This document shows, piece by piece, positions 59,361-64,000 of a stretch of 64,000 bases of DNA (its first letter is position 1; every line of letters starts with the position of its first letter). Source of the stretch: Xylographa opegraphella (Eukaryota); NCBI GenBank assembly GCA_022813865.1, contig JALDZX010000007.1, positions 434,001 through 498,000 on the forward strand, read 5' to 3'. Both the position numbers and the translations under genes were made by a program. The notes beneath the pieces are model-generated. The model searched no databases and had not been told where the DNA came from. It saw only the letters and a list, made by a program, of their open reading frames with translations.

Positions 59361-62300
59361 ATGGCCTCGTCAAGGTCCATGCGCAACTCGCCCCGTACGG
59401 CCAGTCCTCTGGAAGCCGCCCGGAACAATTTATCAACTCCGGAGAACGAATTAGTGATGCAGCAGGAGAAGCTCGCTGGGCCAAGCGAATGGAAGGAACC
59501 GCCATTACGTGCCCCAGCTCCAAGTTTCGAAGACTATAAGGGGCTTGAGCGGCATGGAGTCTTGGAGCATATGGCTCCATTAGGTGCGATGCCAAACCAG
59601 AGAGTCAGGTTGAGAATCAAGCAACATGAGCCATCTCGGCGGAGTATGCTGGGAAAGAGTACGGAGGCCGCCGCCGCTTCCAAAGAGCCCAGTAAAGCTC
59701 CAGAGGTGCTTGGTGTGAGGAGGCGATCGGAGTCTCGGAAAGTTGAAGAGCGATCATCGAAGGCACAAATACAGCGGGAGAAAGACGAAGATCAGGATTA
59801 CACTCCAAAGACTATACCAACCAAATCGGCCACAGCAAAGGCAGCATCGATGCGCAACGCTCACGCACCCGTGCCCAGTTCACAGACGACCGCAGGGCAA
59901 GAGAGACTTAGGCAGGTAGTTGTCTCAGCAGTAGAACGTGCGAAAGAGTTAGGGAATGAGCATCTAGGACTTGCTATGCAAAGGATCTACGAGGAAAGTC
60001 TGCACAACCGCACTCTGGCGGAACTTCTGGACGCTGTGCTCTCTCAACGACCAACACCTCGCCAGGCAGCTGATTTTCAGGCGTACATCAAAATTGCAAG
60101 GAAGAAGATCAAGTCGGAGAAAAGTCGATCCAGGAGATCCTCTATGGTTGGCATTAACTCTTCATCGAAGTCTACTTCAAAGTCGCCATCCAAGAGTGTA
60201 GGGCCTACGGGCGCACGCAAGCCGGAAAGTCTTTTGGACAGTATGGAGATTGAGGCCACAACAAACCCTAATCAAAGTATTCATTCACCATTATCTAAGG
60301 CCAGGATCAATAACATGCCTGGGACCCATGAGCCGCGTATCAAACGTATCAAACGCTCCAAAAGTGTGTCAAGCACTTCATCTTTATCTTCGCTTTCCTC
60401 CACCGATCCCGCTATTGATCTCGACCACGAGCATGACCACAACAACAATCAACCTTCCTCCTCTCCTAGACCTCTCCACTCTAAAATGGCTCGCGGTGAA
60501 GCTCGTGCATCTCAAGGGCCAAAGATGCATACCTTTGCTACCGGCCGCACTCCATCAACTCGCCGCCAATCCGCTCCTGTGGTGAAGGTGCAGCCCGTTG
60601 ACCTATCTCTCCCCGAGGACGAGCTTGCAGTCAAGCGTAAACAACTGACAAAAGTCTTTCCTGACTACAAGGTCGAAGAGAGCAACCTCCGCACCGAGGT
60701 AGCTCCTGAGCTCTGTGCAGCCTCTTCACCCGGACCTGCTCAACTTTCACTACAATTTTCTTCTATGAGACGTGATGACTTCGACGACACTCGTTCACCT
60801 GTATCATCTACACAGGGTGATTTTCTTGTTCCTCCTCCTCCAGGAGCACAACGACCTTCGCGTGGTGCAACACCAAATCAAATTCTCACTCGGCCGAAGA
60901 AGGAGCTACGCAAAGGGGCTCGTATCAAGAACTCGTAAGTCTACTCTGCCAATGCTATGCCTCAAGCTATTGCACAGAAGATAAACTGCACATCCTCTGT
61001 TGGTGATTTTTGGGGCTGTGTTGCTTTCGAGGCAGCCGTTATTCGGATCACCTGTTATGATCCTCAATATTGCGCCCGTGACAACAACAAAGACTAAGCA
61101 TGTTTTTACATTTTTACGCGCACCGCTGACTCTTTGAATACTCCTAGACCCCTCAAAAAGAAGTCTGGAGTTGTTGCTGGTATTGCACGCAAGAGTGGAG
61201 GTAGAGACAGCCCGGTCGGCTACGGGCACACTGGAGATAATGGAGAGGTAAGACCAAGAAAATTCGCCCAGCTTTGTTTCTTCCCTTCCAACATTTTTCT
61301 GCTTCGTCGCACATACTTTCGCGTTCATCGATCGACGTCTTGCTTTGCTTCCATATTTGTAATTACTGATCATCTATCCCTTTCTATTCATTACAATATA
61401 TTCTTTGCTTGGATTGTAGCATGGCTCAATGGCTAACATCGTTGTCCAGGTTGACAACAATGATTACTGCAATTCATGTGGGGGCAGTGGCCAGCTTCTC
61501 TGTTGCGACGGATGTATTCGCTCGTTCCATTTCAAGTGTTTGGATCCACCAATGAACCCGCGTAATCCACCGGAAGGAGAATGGTATTGTCACGTCTGCG
61601 TAGCTGAGCGGGTGCCTCCAACCCGAAGGCCTCGAGGGTTATTCTCATTATTGATGGGCAATATTGAGAACCACAACCCCATTGCCTTCAACCTTCCTCT
61701 TGATGTTCGGCATTCATACGAAGGAGTCAAAACGGGCGAGGATGGCGAATACGTCGATACCACAATATATAGGGCAAAGTAAGTCTCTTGCCAACACCGA
61801 ACACGTGTCACGTGGGTAGACGACTAAACTCCTTAGCAGACCTCGAGAAGATGGCTCCGTCACCCATGAGTTGCAAGACAAAAAGGGGAACCTCATCATA
61901 TGTTGCAAATGCGAGAAATCGGCCATTGGTCACCGTACGATTATCCAGTGCGACTATTGCAATAAGCAATATCACTTGGACTGCCTCGACCCGCCAATGG
62001 CGAATCCTCCATCCAAGCTTTGCAATTGGAAGTGCCCGGCTCATTTTGATGAGGAACTACTAAGCTTCAAGTACCCTGGTGGCGATCGCGTCATTAAAGT
62101 AAGACGCCCAAAGCATCCAAAAATTATCGACACTGCTTTGCGCCGTGGTCATAAGAACAACGGCCTGATTGAAATCGAGAACGAAATCACCGACGAGGAA
62201 GGGGAGCAGCCACATACCGTCCCTCGAATCTCGGAAATGCAGATCAAGCTTGACTTTATAGACCGTGCTAAGAGGTATTTACTCTCCGCTTGTGACTTGC

Positions 62301-62911
62301 TTCCTGATATTAATTGCTGTCTACCTATAGAGCCAGGGAACAATGTGCTGCATATAATAGGCTCAACGAGCGTTTTGCTCAGCATGCAACGGAGAACTTC
62401 CCAGAAGCTACAATTGCCCGTAGCATTGAATCTACCAACCCCCCTGTTTCGCTAAACGCTGTGGCAACTGAGAAGACGTTCGGCGTCTTAGCTGCAGGAG
62501 AACAAGATGCTGTTCTGTCTCTTCTTAATCTCAGCAAACTGATTTCACAACCACGCGTTACCGGGATGCAGTCCAGTGCTACTCCTGTCATTCCCGTTCA
62601 GAATCTTCAGAATTTGGTTACTACTTTAATGGTCAGTGACACACTTCGAGAAACACTGCTGTTTGTGTACCATGTCTAACATATTGTAGGCCGAAGCTCC
62701 ACCTGAGGTTCTGAACATGGTCCGTAAGGATGAAGTCAGAGTTAGCAAAGAGGCAAAGGCTGCGAATGCAAAAGCCCCTAGTGTATCTCGTACTTCTCCG
62801 CGGAGGAGCACTTCACAGAGCAACAAGATCAACACCGGAGAAGTCCAACAGCTTCTGATGCTTCAAGAGCTTATCCGTCTTCGTCTTGAGGGCTTTGGTG
62901 CAGCTAAATAG
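59361..62911 (+). CDS. Double PHD-finger chromatin protein (Rco1/Cph1-2-like; multi-exon)
   Basis: PHD1 [32 protein letters not shown]...WYCHVC followed by [12 protein letters not shown]2 ICCKC...[19 protein letters not shown]...WKCPAH followed by KNNGLIEI. This layout resembles the Rpd3S subunit Rco1. Confidence 0.85.
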
Positions 62912-64000
62912 ATACCCCCCGTCACAGTCGCGCTTATCATCAAGCAAGCATCCTTCTATCGCAGTTACATCTGCTCTCTTTCAGGCTCACAGCCTCTTTC
63001 TGTATCTTGTTACCAGCATACCCGGCAAACCTGCATGCATCATGGCGTTTTTGGAATTAATCGTGCGAACAAGCTGTTATGGCAAACAGTAGAAAGTTGA
63101 TGCAATGCCATTCTCTTACGTTAATACTATGTCTTGACTTGCAACGGGTCATCGACATTTCATCAATAACGCATGCCGTCAAGAGCATGTGTGGGTCTTT
63201 TTGCGGCCTAGTTGCTGTTTTTGCGGATCACTGTCTACAACGACCGCGAAGAGTGGCACTTCTCAACAGTGTTTTTTGTAACAATACGAGTTATGCCTCG
63301 TGGCTCGGTCTACCATCTTCTATCTTCTCGTGATAACTGCTAGCGTGCGGTCGAAGGGACCTGTCAGACGCCTAATTCTACACAGTGGGCTGGAAATCCT
63401 CCGCTCGCGCACTCGCTGGCTGCGGCTTTCAATTCTCCGCTGGCACAAGATCAGTTGATGAAGGTTCTACATTACACCACCTATCACTCAACCGTCTACC
63501 ACGTTGGAGAATACTGGATATCCACCTATCCCTAATCGTCCATGGCTGTCGCCTTTCACCAGTTCCGGTCTCCGCTCCTGGGTCGTTCAACCGTCAGCGA
63601 CACCGGACCCTTCCAAAGCAGATTCCTAGCTCTCTTGATTCCCCCCAAGGCTCCCCTACGAATGGCCACTCCTCTACGAGGTCCCCCCACCACTTATCCA
63701 AACGGTCAACCGGCTCTGCCGGGGCCCAATGCGCATGCTAGAAGAGCGCACTGCGTGCTGTTTTCCAGGGTTTCACTTACATAGAAGAGTAGCTCCAGCG
63801 ATAGAAATGCAAACATCGAACGAGGAACCCCCATATACGCGCCGTGATGCCCCAAGCGGGCGCTGTCACACCAAGTCATGCCCAGCGTATGCTGTGCTAC
63901 TCTTTTGCTTGCCCCGATGCGTGAATGCTCCACAGCCCAGGACATCCGGGTCCGAGTCCCGTAACGCAAGTCTGCCACGTCACGTTTCCCTTAGCGCCGC

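Noticed and set aside
7143..62911. Apparent cluster of chromatin and genome-stability genes (two SNF2 ATPases, CTF18, SPC24, MED21, PHD protein)
   Set aside because: They are interspersed with unrelated housekeeping genes, as expected by chance in a gene-dense fungal chromosome.
63385..64000. Possible start of a further + strand gene (intron-like GTATGC...CACAG near 63887-63935)
   Set aside because: Truncated by the window edge. The frame and start are ambiguous and no family is recognisable.

Overview
Eukaryotic DNA from a filamentous ascomycete (Pezizomycotina; inferred from short GT-AG introns with CTAAC/CTGAC branch points and from the gene families). The window is gene-dense, with about 27 mostly intron-containing housekeeping genes. 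In order: a DUF2256-type Zn-finger protein, an Frm2/Hbn1 nitroreductase, RRN5, an LSH/IRC5-type SNF2 ATPase, END3, an orphan protein, a dual-specificity phosphatase, SPO7, a CLD1/ICT1-type hydrolase, a TAP-like peptidase, CTF18, a BTB protein, a GST, a Myb-like orphan, a RAD5/HLTF-type SNF2-RING protein, MED21, SPC24, RRG7, TMS1, FIS1, an RNF126-like RING E3, a SYT1-like Sec7-PH GEF, ECM14, a D-amino-acid oxidase, an EEP-family protein, CDB4/EBP1 and a double-PHD protein. I saw no transposon, tRNA, rRNA or CRISPR feature. Three signals stand out. (1) An orphan protein whose C-terminal tail carries three exact copies of histone H3 residues 12-18 (GGKAPRK), each with different codons: a candidate histone mimic. 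(2) An intergenic array of four related ~70-nt hairpin units at 46.5-46.8 kb with G-U pairs favouring the + strand: a candidate undescribed structured ncRNA. (3) Recurrent GC-rich islands that flip from C-rich to G-rich regardless of gene orientation. All gene calls come from recognising the translations by eye; no database search was run. Exon boundaries were read manually.
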